A stretch of 64,000 nt of DNA from Candidatus Velthaea sp. (GCA_965214935.1 CBDCCS010000010.1:128001-192000); one strand, 5' to 3'. Positions 48,744-59,360 are shown, counted from the stretch's first letter. The notes: generated by a model not told the origin, from the sequence alone. Numbers and translations: made by a program.

Positions 48744-51185
48744 TTGAACAGACGTGGCGTGGTCGTCAACGGTTTATTCGCTTTGCCCGGAGCGCGACGT
48801 CAATTCGGCGCAAGCCGGGTCGTCGACGTCACACATATCGAGCTGCTGTTGCGACCCGATCTTATCGACAGACGGCTGGACGCAACGTGCACGACGACGG
48901 TGAAATCAATCGATGTACGGATTTCGGCCGTGGAACTTGATGCGCTCGACATGCAGATCGATGCAGTTACGGACGCTCGCGGCGAACTGCACTTCGAGCG
49001 GCGCGCCGGCAAGCTCCTAATCGCACTGCGGACACCGCTCGATGCCGGCGAAATAACCTGGTTTCGCATTGCTTATCGCGTCGAGCAGCCGCGCCGCGGC
49101 TTATTTTTCAGCGCTCCGGATGCGCTTGCCCAGAGCGATCAATGCTGGACGCACGGTCACGCCGGAAACGCACGCTACTGGTTGCCGTGCTTCGACGATC
49201 CGTACCAGCGAGCGACGACGACGACGACGATCGAAGCGCCGTACGGGCTGTTTGCACTTGCAAACGGTCAGCTTGTCGAACGGACCGACGACCGCGAACG
49301 CGCTCTGAGCGTTTACCGCTACGAGCAGACGAAACCGCATGCGATGTATTTACTTACGATGACCGTCGGAACGTTTGCCGAAATCGATTGCGACGGCGGC
49401 CGGTTGCCGGTGCGTGCATACGTGCCGCCCGAGCGCATCGACGACGGACTGCGTACGTTCGGCAAAACGCCGGCCATGATTCGCGCGCTCGAAGCGTTCG
49501 CCGGGATCGCGTATCCGTATGCTTGTTATTCGCAAATCGCGGTGCGCGATTTTGTTTACATCGGCATGGAAAATACGACCGCGATCAGCTTCATGGACGA
49601 CTGGCTGCGCAGCGCCCGAACCTTGGCCAGCCCGGCGGTCGAGGCACTCGTCGTGCATGAGTTGGCGCATCAGTGGTTCGGCAATTTACTCGCCACTTGC
49701 GAGTGGACCGACGTATGGCTCAACGAAGGCTTCGCCACGTATTGCGAAGCGATTTGGGATGAAGACGATAAAGGCTGGCCCGACTATTGCTACGCTATAT
49801 ACCGTCACGTTCGAACGTACATCGACGAGACGCACAAGCGTTACGAACGGCCGATCGTCACCGAGCATTACCGCGATCCGATCGATCTGTTTGATAAGCA
49901 TGTTTATGAAAAAGCCGGCGTTGTCTTGCACATGCTGCGTGGCGAACTCGGCGACGAAAGATTTTTCCGGTCGGTCGCGCGCTACGTTCGCGACAACGCC
50001 GGCGAGCGGGTCGAAACACTTGATTTCGTGCGTGCAATCCAGCGTGAAACCGGCTGCAACTTGCGCGCTTTCTTCGATCAATGGCTGCGCCGCAGCGGAC
50101 ATCCGCGTCTGACGATCGCGGTCAGCTTCGACGCTCAGCACAACCGGCTTGCGATTCGCTGCAAGCAATCGCCCGCGGCTGACCCGCCGTTTGCCTTCAC
50201 GCTCAACGTCGGCATGCTCGACCGTCTGCCGGATATTGCCGAGCCGGCCGGCGCGCAGCCGCTGCCGGGTGAGAGCCGCGTCGCGATTGCCGTCGACGGC
50301 GCCGATGTCGTTCACACATTCAACGTCGACGCGGCGCCGGCGCTGATCCGCATCGATCCGGGCGCTTTTATTTTGGCCGAGCTGACGCTCGAAGTCGGTA
50401 TTGAGTTTGCGTGTGCGGCGTTGGCGCACGATCCCGATCCGGTGGCTCGCATTCGCGCGGCTCTGCAGCTTGCCGACGACGGGTCGTCACAAGCGTGCGA
50501 TGCACTTGCAAGCGCTCTTGCGACCGATCCGTTTTGGGGCACGCGCGTTGAGATCGCCAAGATGCTCGGCGATTTGTCCCGACCCGGCGCTTGCGCTGCA
50601 CTGCGCAACGCGCTCGGCGACGCGGATGCAAACGTTCGGCGTTCGGTCTGCGAGGCGCTTGGCAGCGCGCGCGATCGGCTCGCAATTGAACCGCTACGCA
50701 TGCTCGTCGACAGCGAACCCGCCGTCGAAGTGATCGGGGCGGCACTCCGTGCGCTCGGGCGTATGCGCGATCCGGCTCTCACGCCGGTGCTCGACGGTTA
50801 CATTCACGGAACGAGCTGGTGCGACACGATCGCCGGCGGTGCGCTGCTGGGCATCGCTGAACTCGGCGGAGCGAATGCGCGTGCAACGCTTCTTGAATCG
50901 CTGGGCTCGCCCGCCGCCGCTCGGCGGCAATCCGCGATTCGCGCTCTCGCGGTGTTAGCGCTCGAACGGCCCGAAGACCGCAGCCTCATCGTCCGGCGGC
51001 TCAGCGAGACGCTCGCCGATCGCGATGCGACCACGCGCTTACGCGCCGTGCATGCGCTGCTTGAAATCGACGAACCGACGGCCATCCCAGCGCTCGAACA
51101 GCTTGCCGTGCGCGAGCCGGTCGGGTGGATTCGCAGTCATGCCGATTACGCTGCAGCGCGTATCGGCAAACCGACTAGCGTATAA
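48744..51185 (+). CDS. M1 family aminopeptidase with C-terminal HEAT repeats
   Basis: IGMENT, HELAHQWFGN...WLNEGFA, YEKAG.VLHMLR; HEAT repeats. Start approximate. Confidence 0.93.
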   Translation: MNRRGVVVNGLFALPGARRQFGASRVVDVTHIELLLRPDLIDRRLDATCTTTVKSIDVRISAVELDALDMQIDAVTDARGELHFERRAGKLLIALRTPLDAGEITWFRIAYRVEQPRRGLFFSAPDALAQSDQCWTHGHAGNARYWLPCFDDPYQRATTTTTIEAPYGLFALANGQLVERTDDRERALSVYRYEQTKPHAMYLLTMTVGTFAEIDCDGGRLPVRAYVPPERIDDGLRTFGKTPAMIRALEAFAGIAYPYACYSQIAVRDFVYIGMENTTAISFMDDWLRSARTLASPAVEALVVHELAHQWFGNLLATCEWTDVWLNEGFATYCEAIWDEDDKGWPDYCYAIYRHVRTYIDETHKRYERPIVTEHYRDPIDLFDKHVYEKAGVVLHMLRGELGDERFFRSVARYVRDNAGERVETLDFVRAIQRETGCNLRAFFDQWLRRSGHPRLTIAVSFDAQHNRLAIRCKQSPAADPPFAFTLNVGMLDRLPDIAEPAGAQPLPGESRVAIAVDGADVVHTFNVDAAPALIRIDPGAFILAELTLEVGIEFACAALAHDPDPVARIRAALQLADDGSSQACDALASALATDPFWGTRVEIAKMLGDLSRPGACAALRNALGDADANVRRSVCEALGSARDRLAIEPLRMLVDSEPAVEVIGAALRALGRMRDPALTPVLDGYIHGTSWCDTIAGGALLGIAELGGANARATLLESLGSPAAARRQSAIRALAVLALERPEDRSLIVRRLSETLADRDATTRLRAVHALLEIDEPTAIPALEQLAVREPVGWIRSHADYAAARIGKPTSV

Positions 51186-51285
51186 TCGTGCACCTGAACG
51201 GCGGCGCAACGGAGCGCTCACCGCGCTTGGTTCAGTTAATTTATGAGCCGAGCGAGCGGTCCGCTTCGCTTGATTTGAACCGCGC

Positions 51286-51312
51286 TAAGCTTCGACCCGG
51301 CCAAGCCGATAT
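51286..51312 (+). promoter_or_regulatory. Sigma28 (FliA/SigD)-type promoter TAAG-N15-GCCGATAT
   Basis: TAAG 51286-51289, 15-nt spacer, GCCGATAT 51305-51312; about 60 nt upstream of the EAL gene. Confidence 0.7.
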
Positions 51313-51372
51313 AAACGTCACAGCTCGCGCCGTTCGTGCAGTCGTGCTGTTGCCTCGAGGTGTTCGTCGGTC

Positions 51373-52158
51373 GTGTTGAAACCGGAAAGCCGTCCGTGTG
51401 ACCATTGCAGCTATAGCGAGCGGCTTTCGTTCAATTTTACGTTTGCGTTCCAGCCCATCGTCGACGTTCGTGCCGAGCAAATCTACTCGTATGAGGCACT
51501 CGTGCGCGGTACGAACGGTGAATCCGCCGGCTGGGTGTTGGAGCGGGTCAACGCCGACAATCGCTACCGCTTCGATCAAGCTTGCCGCATGCAAGCGATC
51601 GAGTTGGCAACACGTTTGGGAATGCGCACGCATCTCAATATCAACTTCATGCCGAACGCGATTTACGAACCAGAAAATTGCATTCGCTCGACGTTCGCGG
51701 CGGCCGAAAAATACGGCTTTCCGATCGAGCAAATTATCTTTGAGTGTCTCGAAAGCGAAGAACTTCGTGAGACCTCGCGCTTGGCGCACATCATGAGCGA
51801 ATACAAGCGCTTCGGGTTTTTGACGGCTATCGATGATTTCGGTTCAGGTTTTCGCGAACTCACCGCACTTGCATCGTTTCAACCCGACATCATCAAAATC
51901 GACATGTTGCTGCTGCGTGACGTCGATCGCGATCCAGCCCGCCGGGCGATCGTCCGCGGTCTGGTCCAAATGTGCCGCGAACTCGGTATTCGCGTGCTCG
52001 CCGAAGGCGTGGAAACGTGCGCGGAATATCGCTGGTTAGCCGGAATCGGCATCGACTTATTTCAGGGCTACTTCTTTGCCAAGCCGGCATTCGAGGCGCT
52101 GCCGACGGTTCGCTTCGATCTGCTGCGGACGCCGGTCGACGAACCTCTCGTGAGCTGA
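51373..52158 (+). CDS. Stand-alone EAL-domain c-di-GMP phosphodiesterase
   Basis: FQPIVD, YEALVRG, INFMPN, IDDFGSG, IKID, AEGVE, QGYFFAKP; N-terminal CDHC. Confidence 0.92.
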   Translation: MLKPESRPCDHCSYSERLSFNFTFAFQPIVDVRAEQIYSYEALVRGTNGESAGWVLERVNADNRYRFDQACRMQAIELATRLGMRTHLNINFMPNAIYEPENCIRSTFAAAEKYGFPIEQIIFECLESEELRETSRLAHIMSEYKRFGFLTAIDDFGSGFRELTALASFQPDIIKIDMLLLRDVDRDPARRAIVRGLVQMCRELGIRVLAEGVETCAEYRWLAGIGIDLFQGYFFAKPAFEALPTVRFDLLRTPVDEPLVS

Positions 52159-52159
52159 C

Positions 52160-54172
52160 TCACCCGCGCCCGTGTGCTTCGGCGTCCGGATCGTCCGTGT
52201 AATCGAGGTACACGAGCCCCAGCATAATTTCAAGCGCTTCGCCGTTCATCCCGCGGGCGCTCGCCGAATCGACGATCGAGGTGTGCCCGGACGCTGCTTC
52301 ATGCTCGATGACCGCCGGCGTCACGTTGAGATCGGCGCCCGCGATAACGGCCGCGGCAACGTCCCCGGGCGACAAGTCGTCGTGCAGCATCGCTTCATAC
52401 GATGGCGCGGTCGAACCGAAGCGGACGTCGAGTGCGCGTTTGAGCGTAGCATAGCGATCGGCTGACGATGCCACGCCGAGCATGTCGATATCGGCCACGA
52501 GTTGGCGAGCCCGCGCGAGCATGAACGATTGGTTCGCTTGTGCGGCAGCCGTCGCTGCGCGATCGATGGACGCGGTCGCCGTGCGCAGTGCCGGCGCGAT
52601 GCGCTGGGCGTCGGCGGGCGGAATATCGCCCGAATCATACGGCACGTGCGCGAGTTCGCGAACGAACTCGTCGAGGTCGCCCAACGCCGTTTCGAGCAGC
52701 GCGGTCGACGCGCTGGCGCCGTCGACGGCGCGCCCAAGATCGGCGTCGCTACGCGTCAGTCCGTCGATGATTCGCGGATAAAACGCGAATGTCGCCGATG
52801 CTTGCGGCGGCGGCGAATCGAGCCGTAACGGCGCTGCCAAGTCGTTGTAAATGTCATCGTTTCCACGAAACACGCCGCCGGCTTTATTATGCTCGAGCGA
52901 GCCGACTCCGGCGACCGTGTTCTGCAGTTTACCGATCGCACCGTTGAGGGACCGGCCGATCGTCGTGATGCTGCGAACCATCGCCTCGAGCCGGCCGCCG
53001 CGCTGCGGCGAAATTCGCGCTAAATCCGGCATCTCGTTCTGAATGTCCGTGAGGCGTCCGGTCAGCGCTTTGAGGGCATCGCGTGTCGCTTCCCGGCGGG
53101 CCGAAACACGCGCCGCACTCGATACATTGGCAGCCTGCGCTTGTGCGACCGCCGCGCGTAGCGGCGGCAGATTCGGATGCATGACGTCCAGACGCTTTTC
53201 GGTATCGCGTAAACCGTGAATGAGCCCCAGTGCGAGCGTACGCGTTCCGGCGGTGCCCGTCGCCGCGGCTTGAGCTAAATTCTGCTCGCCTTTCGCGGTC
53301 TGACCGAGCGCGATTTGCGCTTCGCCGAGATGATACATCGCGACGGTGTCGGTTGCATTCTTACGCAGGAGTGCGGCAAAATCACGAGCGGCGACCGCAT
53401 ACCGCGCTTCGTCGATATTGTGCAGCGCCGCGGCTTCACGCTGATCGGCCGTTCGCTTCGTCGGATCGAGTTGCGGATACCCGACGAGATGCGCGATCCG
53501 GTTCGGAACGCCGGGATGATCGGCAAGATACGTATCGATCGACTCGTGATTCTGCGTCTCGAGTGCGCCCAAGTGCGACATGAACGAGACCATCGCATCC
53601 GGATCGTAACCGGCGCGCGACATGAGCATCAGACCGTAGCGGTCGGCTTCCGTCTCATCGGTCCTTTCGATCTTGGCAATCGCACCGGCGCCGAGAAATT
53701 GGCCGAACGGCGCGAGTAACGGTGAGAAGATCGACCCGACCGAAAGCAAGATGTTGATCAGGCCGGCTTTATTCTGGGTGGTCACGGCGTGACGGCGTTC
53801 GATGTGACCGGTTTCATGACCGAGCACCCCGGCCAACTCGTCGTCGGATTGAACGAAATCAAGCGTGCCGAGATTCACGTAAACATAGCCGCCCAACGTC
53901 GAAAACGCGTTGACATCCGCGACGTCCATGATTTTGATGTTGTAGGGTACGTCTTTACGCGCGACTTGCGCCCAGAGTTTGGTCGTGATGCCGTTGACCC
54001 ACGCATTGAGCAGCGGATCGGTGACCACGTTCGTCGCGTCGGTAACCTGTTTATCGGTCTGCTTTCCTAATTCGACTTCTTGACCGGTCGAGAGCGCCGA
54101 CGCCGGCTGCACAACGCTCGCCGACAGCAACATGCAGCATAGTGCAAAACAGAGTCCGCGGCGCACGATCAC
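52160..54172 (-). CDS. M48 family metalloprotease (BepA/YfgC-like) with TPR and helical C-terminus
   Basis: Signal peptide from GTG 54172; VNAFS..GG, ELAGVLGHETGH, ETEADRYG, DHP. Confidence 0.9.
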   Translation of the reverse strand: MIVRRGLCFALCCMLLSASVVQPASALSTGQEVELGKQTDKQVTDATNVVTDPLLNAWVNGITTKLWAQVARKDVPYNIKIMDVADVNAFSTLGGYVYVNLGTLDFVQSDDELAGVLGHETGHIERRHAVTTQNKAGLINILLSVGSIFSPLLAPFGQFLGAGAIAKIERTDETEADRYGLMLMSRAGYDPDAMVSFMSHLGALETQNHESIDTYLADHPGVPNRIAHLVGYPQLDPTKRTADQREAAALHNIDEARYAVAARDFAALLRKNATDTVAMYHLGEAQIALGQTAKGEQNLAQAAATGTAGTRTLALGLIHGLRDTEKRLDVMHPNLPPLRAAVAQAQAANVSSAARVSARREATRDALKALTGRLTDIQNEMPDLARISPQRGGRLEAMVRSITTIGRSLNGAIGKLQNTVAGVGSLEHNKAGGVFRGNDDIYNDLAAPLRLDSPPPQASATFAFYPRIIDGLTRSDADLGRAVDGASASTALLETALGDLDEFVRELAHVPYDSGDIPPADAQRIAPALRTATASIDRAATAAAQANQSFMLARARQLVADIDMLGVASSADRYATLKRALDVRFGSTAPSYEAMLHDDLSPGDVAAAVIAGADLNVTPAVIEHEAASGHTSIVDSASARGMNGEALEIMLGLVYLDYTDDPDAEAHGRG

Positions 54173-54329
54173 GGCCGCACCGCGCGGCGTCGGCGTGGTG
54201 CAATACGCATGGAGTCGCAGCAATCGTCTCAATTTCCCGCGGAGCTTCGCCCGCGAACGGTAACTTTGCGCAGCCAGCGTAACGGGCAAAGCTGAGAATT
54301 CACCGCAAACGGCTTTGCGCCATCGGACG

Positions 54330-54971
54330 TCAACGTTCGGCGGGACTCGGTGCAGTTAAAGCGTCGACAAAGGCACGCGCATTGCGCGCGACGTCGGCGA
54401 CGCTCGTGCCGGGCTTGTACAAGGCCGAGCCGAGGCCGAAACCGGCCGCGCCGGCGGCGCGGAACGGTGCCATGCTTCCCGGGGTAATTCCGCCGACGGG
54501 GATGAACAGCGTTTCGGCCGGGAAGACGCTGCGCCAAGCTCGCAAAATCGCCGGACCGAGCGTTTCGGCCGGAAAGAGTTTGAGCGCATCGGCGCCGTTG
54601 GCTAACGCCGCGAACGCTTCGGTCGGCGTCGCGACGCCCGGCGTGCAGTACAAGCCGGCGGCCTTGGCGGCACAGACCACGGCCGGATCGCTATGCGGCA
54701 TGACGATGAGCCGTCCGCCGGCCGCCGCAATCGGCGCAATTGCCGCGGCATCGGTGACCGTGCCGGCGCCGATCAGACAGTCAGCCGGAACGACGTTCGC
54801 TAGTCGCCGGATACTTTCGAGCGGCTCGGGTGAGTTCAAGGGGATCTCGATAATGCGAAAACCGGCCGCGATGAGTTCCTTGCCGACCGGTTCGATTTCG
54901 GCCGGCGTTATGCCGCGCAGAATTGCGACGAGCGGACTGCGGTCGAGATACGTTCGAATCGGCGGAGACAT
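54330..54971 (-). CDS. dgoA: 2-dehydro-3-deoxy-6-phosphogalactonate aldolase
   Basis: PLVAILRGI, IEIPLNSP, GAGTV, LKLFPAE, PVGGI, GLGSALY. Confidence 0.92.
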   Translation of the reverse strand: MSPPIRTYLDRSPLVAILRGITPAEIEPVGKELIAAGFRIIEIPLNSPEPLESIRRLANVVPADCLIGAGTVTDAAAIAPIAAAGGRLIVMPHSDPAVVCAAKAAGLYCTPGVATPTEAFAALANGADALKLFPAETLGPAILRAWRSVFPAETLFIPVGGITPGSMAPFRAAGAAGFGLGSALYKPGTSVADVARNARAFVDALTAPSPAER

Positions 54972-54976
54972 CGCGT

Positions 54977-55939
54977 TCACGCGTAGTTGACCGGCGCGGC
55001 GATCACACCGGCTAACGCGGCGATCCGCCACAAGCCGGCCGGTGCGCTATTGTCGAAAATCGGCACGTTCGGGCAGCCGTAGGCCGCGAGCGCGCGGGCG
55101 TAGCGGGCGCACAGCAGCGGGTCGCCGACGAGCGTACACTCGGCCGCGCCGGTAAGCATCGCCGAGCGGACTTCTTCCCCGATCAGCAAGCCCGACAGAT
55201 AGTCCAAGCTTGCCGCAACATCTAACGACCCGTCGAGGACGAGCGAGCGGGTGAGGAACAGCAGCGGCATGATTCCGCGCGCTCCGCCGTTGCACGCCGT
55301 GCGGACGCCGCGATCGAACGCGGTGCCGTCGAGCGCGCCCGGAGCCGGGCCGGATTGCGCGATCGCTTTGACGGCGGGCCGCCCCAAGATCGACTGCGAT
55401 GCAAGCAACGCATACAACTCGCCGGTAATATAGGTATCGAAGCGCGCGATTCGGCCGGCGTCAACCTCGACCCACTTCGAGTGCGTTCCGGGCAGCACGA
55501 GTGTCGCCGCACCCGAGAAGCGGTCCGGGTCGAGGGCAAGCGCACCCGCAATTTGCGTTTCCTCGCCGCGCATGACGTTGGGCGCGGGGGCGCGCTGCTC
55601 GACGCCCGGAATAACGTACAACGCGCCCGCACGCGCGACCGGTACGGGCACTAGCGCTGCGGCGAGTTCGGCCGCTCCGGCCGGACAGGTTCGATAGGGT
55701 GTACGAACCCAACCCTCGCTGCTGCCGACCATACCGGCAGCGATAGCCGGCAGTCCGGGATACATGCGATCCCAGTCCTGCACGACCGCGGCAAATGCCG
55801 CCGCAAAATCGCCGCCGAATTGCGACATGACGCCCCACGGCTGCGCTGCCCGGGCCAATACGATGCCGCCGTCGCCCAGCAGGTACGCCCGCAGCGCCGA
55901 TGTTCCCCAATCAAGGCCGATAAGCCGCGGCTGCTCCAT
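54977..55939 (-). CDS. dgoK: 2-dehydro-3-deoxygalactonokinase
   Basis: LDWGTS.LRAY, GMVGS..GW, VMRGEETQ, PGTHSKW, TGEL; AGAAGGAG SD. Confidence 0.93.
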   Translation of the reverse strand: MEQPRLIGLDWGTSALRAYLLGDGGIVLARAAQPWGVMSQFGGDFAAAFAAVVQDWDRMYPGLPAIAAGMVGSSEGWVRTPYRTCPAGAAELAAALVPVPVARAGALYVIPGVEQRAPAPNVMRGEETQIAGALALDPDRFSGAATLVLPGTHSKWVEVDAGRIARFDTYITGELYALLASQSILGRPAVKAIAQSGPAPGALDGTAFDRGVRTACNGGARGIMPLLFLTRSLVLDGSLDVAASLDYLSGLLIGEEVRSAMLTGAAECTLVGDPLLCARYARALAAYGCPNVPIFDNSAPAGLWRIAALAGVIAAPVNYA

Positions 55940-56064
55940 GCAGCATCTCCTTCTGCGGATCGCTGGCGGCCGACGGTGCCGGTACGCAGCGATAGTAGGT
56001 TGGCAGCACGAACGGCCGGATACCTTGAGCGGCGGGCGCAGCACCGTCCAAGAATAAGTCGAGC

Positions 56065-56790
56065 ATGACGGAACTCCGAATCGGTACGAGCGGCTGGACG
56101 TATCGCGACTGGCGCGGGCGTTTCTATCCGCCGGCGTGTCCGCAACGCGAATGGCTCGCGTATTACAGCGGCCGCTTCTCGACCGTCGAGTTGAACGTAA
56201 CGACGTATCGCTTGCCGAAACCCAACGACGTCGTGCGCTGGTCGGCCGTTCCGGCAAACTTCGTGTACACCGTCAAGCTCAGCCGCTTGATCACGCATCG
56301 CAAAAATCCCGGTGAACCGCTGCGGTACGTCGAAAAGTACATGCAAGCCATCGCGCCGCTCGAACCGCATATCGCCAACCTGCTCGCGCAATTCCCGCCG
56401 ACGTTTGCACGCGACGATCGGGCACTATCTCATTTCCTCGAGCGCTTACCCGTCAGGTACCGCTATGTCGTGGAATTCCGGCATCCTTCGTGGTATGACG
56501 ACGCGGTGTATGCACGACTGCGCGAGCGCAACATCTCGCTGTGTCTTCACGATCTCGCCGGCAGCGCGACGCCGCACGTCGTGACCGGCAGCGTCCTGTA
56601 CATCCGGCTGCACGGGCCGGTTCGTGCCTACGCCGGTTCGTACCGGCGAGCGCGTTTGGAGAGCTGGGCGGCGACAATCCGCGGGCTGCTGCCCTACGTC
56701 GACGCGGGATTCGTCTATTTCAACAATGACGAACGCGGCTTTGCTCCGCGTAATGCCGCGCTGCTGCAACGTATCCTCGATCCGCAATAA
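56065..56790 (+). CDS. DUF72 domain protein
   Basis: IGTSGW.Y..W...FYP, VELN.T.YR, EFRHPSW, YIRLHG, YFNND. Confidence 0.93.
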   Translation: MTELRIGTSGWTYRDWRGRFYPPACPQREWLAYYSGRFSTVELNVTTYRLPKPNDVVRWSAVPANFVYTVKLSRLITHRKNPGEPLRYVEKYMQAIAPLEPHIANLLAQFPPTFARDDRALSHFLERLPVRYRYVVEFRHPSWYDDAVYARLRERNISLCLHDLAGSATPHVVTGSVLYIRLHGPVRAYAGSYRRARLESWAATIRGLLPYVDAGFVYFNNDERGFAPRNAALLQRILDPQ

Positions 56791-56825
56791 AGCCCCGTAC
56801 CTTCAATGAAGCGCGGCATGGCTGA

Positions 56826-57830
56826 ATGAAAGCGATCGATTACGCGCAGCTACGGGCAATCGTTCCGGGGCTGGTGTGTTCGGCAAGTATGGCGCTGCTC
56901 GCGACGCTGCTCGCACCGTTCGCGCCGATTCTTGGTGCGCCGGTTATCGCGATCGTCCTCGGTGTAGCTATTCGCGCCTTTGTACCGCTCGCTGCGGCGT
57001 TGCAACCCGGCGTCGCGTACGGTGCGCGCACGGTCTTGCAAGGCGCGATCGTCGTTTCCGGTTTTGCCATCTCGTTGGTCGGTATCTTTCAAACCGGATT
57101 GCGAACGCTGCCGGTCACGTTCGTAACCATCGCGGTGGCGCTGACGCTCGCACCGCTTGCGGGCCGGATCCTGCGGATCGACCCGCAGATTCGCGAACTT
57201 GTCGGTATCGGAACGGCGATCTGCGGTGCATCGGCGATCGCGGCCGTATCGGCGGTCATCGAAGCGAGCACTGCGGACGTCGCGCTTGCCGTGGCAACGA
57301 TCTTTTTTTACAACATCGTCGCGGTAGTGACGTTTCCGCTCATCGGGCACCTCTTGGCTCTGTCGCAAAGCCAATTCGGCATCTGGGCCGGGACGGCGAT
57401 CAACGACACGTCGTCGGTTGTTGCGGCCGGCTTTGCGTACGGACATGAAGCCGGCGTGCAGGCGACGATCGTCAAGCTGACTCGCGCGACGCTCATCCTG
57501 CCGATCGTCGCGGTCATCGCAGCATTGCGCGCACGCGCGCAACGGACCGCCGGCAAGCCGATTCCTTGGCGCACGATCGTTCCGTGGTTCATCGTGTGGT
57601 TTCTCGCAGCGGCGCTCGTCAATACCATCGGGATCGTTCCGGCGGCGTCGAAAGGCGCGATCGCTCAAAGCGCTACGTTCCTCATCAGTACTGCGCTTGC
57701 CGCGATCGGTCTCCAGACCGTCCCGGCAACGCTCGTACGGGCCGGACTGCGGCCGCTCGTCTTCGGTCTGGTTTTATGGCTTGCCGTTGCGTTTGCGTCA
57801 CTTGGAATGCAGCGTCTGACCGGCCTCTAA
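56826..57830 (+). CDS. YeiH / putative sulfate exporter family membrane protein
   Basis: GTAICGASAIAA, WAGTAINDTSSVVAA, VKLTR. Confidence 0.93.
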   Translation: MKAIDYAQLRAIVPGLVCSASMALLATLLAPFAPILGAPVIAIVLGVAIRAFVPLAAALQPGVAYGARTVLQGAIVVSGFAISLVGIFQTGLRTLPVTFVTIAVALTLAPLAGRILRIDPQIRELVGIGTAICGASAIAAVSAVIEASTADVALAVATIFFYNIVAVVTFPLIGHLLALSQSQFGIWAGTAINDTSSVVAAGFAYGHEAGVQATIVKLTRATLILPIVAVIAALRARAQRTAGKPIPWRTIVPWFIVWFLAAALVNTIGIVPAASKGAIAQSATFLISTALAAIGLQTVPATLVRAGLRPLVFGLVLWLAVAFASLGMQRLTGL

Positions 57831-58705
57831 GCGTCGTCGAGGCGATACGCATCGGCGGCAGTTCGGCCGAAGAACGCTTCGACTTGCGGCGCGTCGAGGA
57901 ACGCGTGCATCAGCGTTTGCGCGACGTCAACCACTTCTTCGTACGTTGCGGCAAGCAAACACACCGGCCAATCCGAACCGAACATCAAGCGATCAGCACG
58001 AAACGCCGCCACGATGTGCGCGACATACACCTGCAACCGATCGATGCTCCATCCGGTGCGGCCGGCTTCGGTGACCAAACCCGATATTTTGCACCAAACG
58101 TTGGGGCAGCCGCCGAGTTGAGCGATGCCGTCGAGCCAGCCGGCGGGCACCGTCGCGCCGGCAATCCTCGGCTTTGCGATGTGATCGAGAACGAATCGAA
58201 GATTCGTAAACTCGCGAACGACGGCGACGGCTGCCGGTAATTCGCGTTCGCGCACCAGCAAGTCGAAGGCGAGATCCGCAGCCTCGATCGTTGCCAAACC
58301 CCGTCGAACGTCAGCCCGTACGAGCCACGCGGCGTCAGCTTCATCATGCACTTGATGGCGAATGCCGACGAGCGCGGAACCGCCCGGCCCGGCGCGCAGC
58401 GCGGCTATGTCGGCGCCGAGCGTTTCGCTCGTGAGATCGGCCCAGCCGACGACGCCGGCAATCGACACGGTTCGTTCGGCGAGGGCCAGGAACTCGCGCG
58501 TTTCGGCAATGTCGGCGCGCGTCTGGACAAGGATCGTACGGGCGATGCCGGTCGCCGCAAGGTGCGGCGCGAGATCGGCTGGTTCGAACGCGCGCCGGAT
58601 CGGTTCGAGCGCGGCGGTCAGCCACGGATAATGCGCGCGCTCCGGATCCCAATAATGCTGGTGCGAATCGATCTTGTTCGGCCGCAAGGTCACGCCGGAA
58701 AGCAT
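57827..58705 (-). CDS. Amidohydrolase family sugar lactonase (L-fuconolactonase-like)
   Basis: IDSHQHYW, GVVGWADL, LDHIAKP, CKISGL, MFGSDWPVC. Confidence 0.88.
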   Translation of the reverse strand: MLSGVTLRPNKIDSHQHYWDPERAHYPWLTAALEPIRRAFEPADLAPHLAATGIARTILVQTRADIAETREFLALAERTVSIAGVVGWADLTSETLGADIAALRAGPGGSALVGIRHQVHDEADAAWLVRADVRRGLATIEAADLAFDLLVRERELPAAVAVVREFTNLRFVLDHIAKPRIAGATVPAGWLDGIAQLGGCPNVWCKISGLVTEAGRTGWSIDRLQVYVAHIVAAFRADRLMFGSDWPVCLLAATYEEVVDVAQTLMHAFLDAPQVEAFFGRTAADAYRLDDA

Positions 58706-58736
58706 TAGCCGCCGTGCGCGCTAAGTATTGCCGATC

Positions 58737-59360
58737 ATGCCCGATTCGCTCGAAGAACTCGCAGCTTCCGTCGCTGCCTTGCGGGCGGCCGGCGGGCGCA
58801 TCATCTTGGGCATTGTCGGTTCACCGGGCGCCGGCAAGTCGACGTTGGCTCAAGCGCTCGTCGCGCGTTTAGGAGCATGCGCGGTGAGCGTTCCGATGGA
58901 TGGGTTTCACTTAGCGAACGCCGAGTTGCGGCGACTCGAACGGCACGGCCGTAAAGGCGCTCAGGACACCTTCGACAGCGGCGGTTACGTTGCGCTGCTG
59001 CAACGGATCCGCAGTCAGAGCGCCGACGAGATTGTCTACGCACCCGAATTCCGGCGCGAGATCGAAGAACCGGTCGGTAGCGCGATCCCGGTCTTGCCCG
59101 CGCACCAAGTCGTCGTGACGGAGGGCAACTATCTGCTGCTCGATAGCGGCCACTGGGCGGCGGTGCGCGCGATCGCCGACCAAATATGGTTTGTCGACGT
59201 CGATCCGCGGCTGCGGCTCGAGCGTTTGATCGCGCGACACATGCACTTCGGCCGCTCCGAACTCGATGCGCGCGACTGGGTAAGCCGGACCGACGAACCG
59301 AACGCGCAACTCATCGACGCCACGCGTTCGCGCGCGGACCGGGTCATTCACTTGGCGTGA
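58737..59360 (+). CDS. P-loop kinase, YggC/FrcK (uridine/pantothenate kinase-like) family
   Basis: GSPGAGKST, PMDGFH, RKGA.DTFD, EGNYLL. Confidence 0.88.
   Translation: MPDSLEELAASVAALRAAGGRIILGIVGSPGAGKSTLAQALVARLGACAVSVPMDGFHLANAELRRLERHGRKGAQDTFDSGGYVALLQRIRSQSADEIVYAPEFRREIEEPVGSAIPVLPAHQVVVTEGNYLLLDSGHWAAVRAIADQIWFVDVDPRLRLERLIARHMHFGRSELDARDWVSRTDEPNAQLIDATRSRADRVIHLA

Noticed and set aside
49214..49228. (ACG)5 trinucleotide run
   Set aside because: Encodes TTTTT in frame within the aminopeptidase; too short to suggest phase variation.
55940..56257. N-terminal extension of the dgoK ORF
   Set aside because: Overlaps the DUF72 gene on the other strand; strong SD supports ATG 55939.
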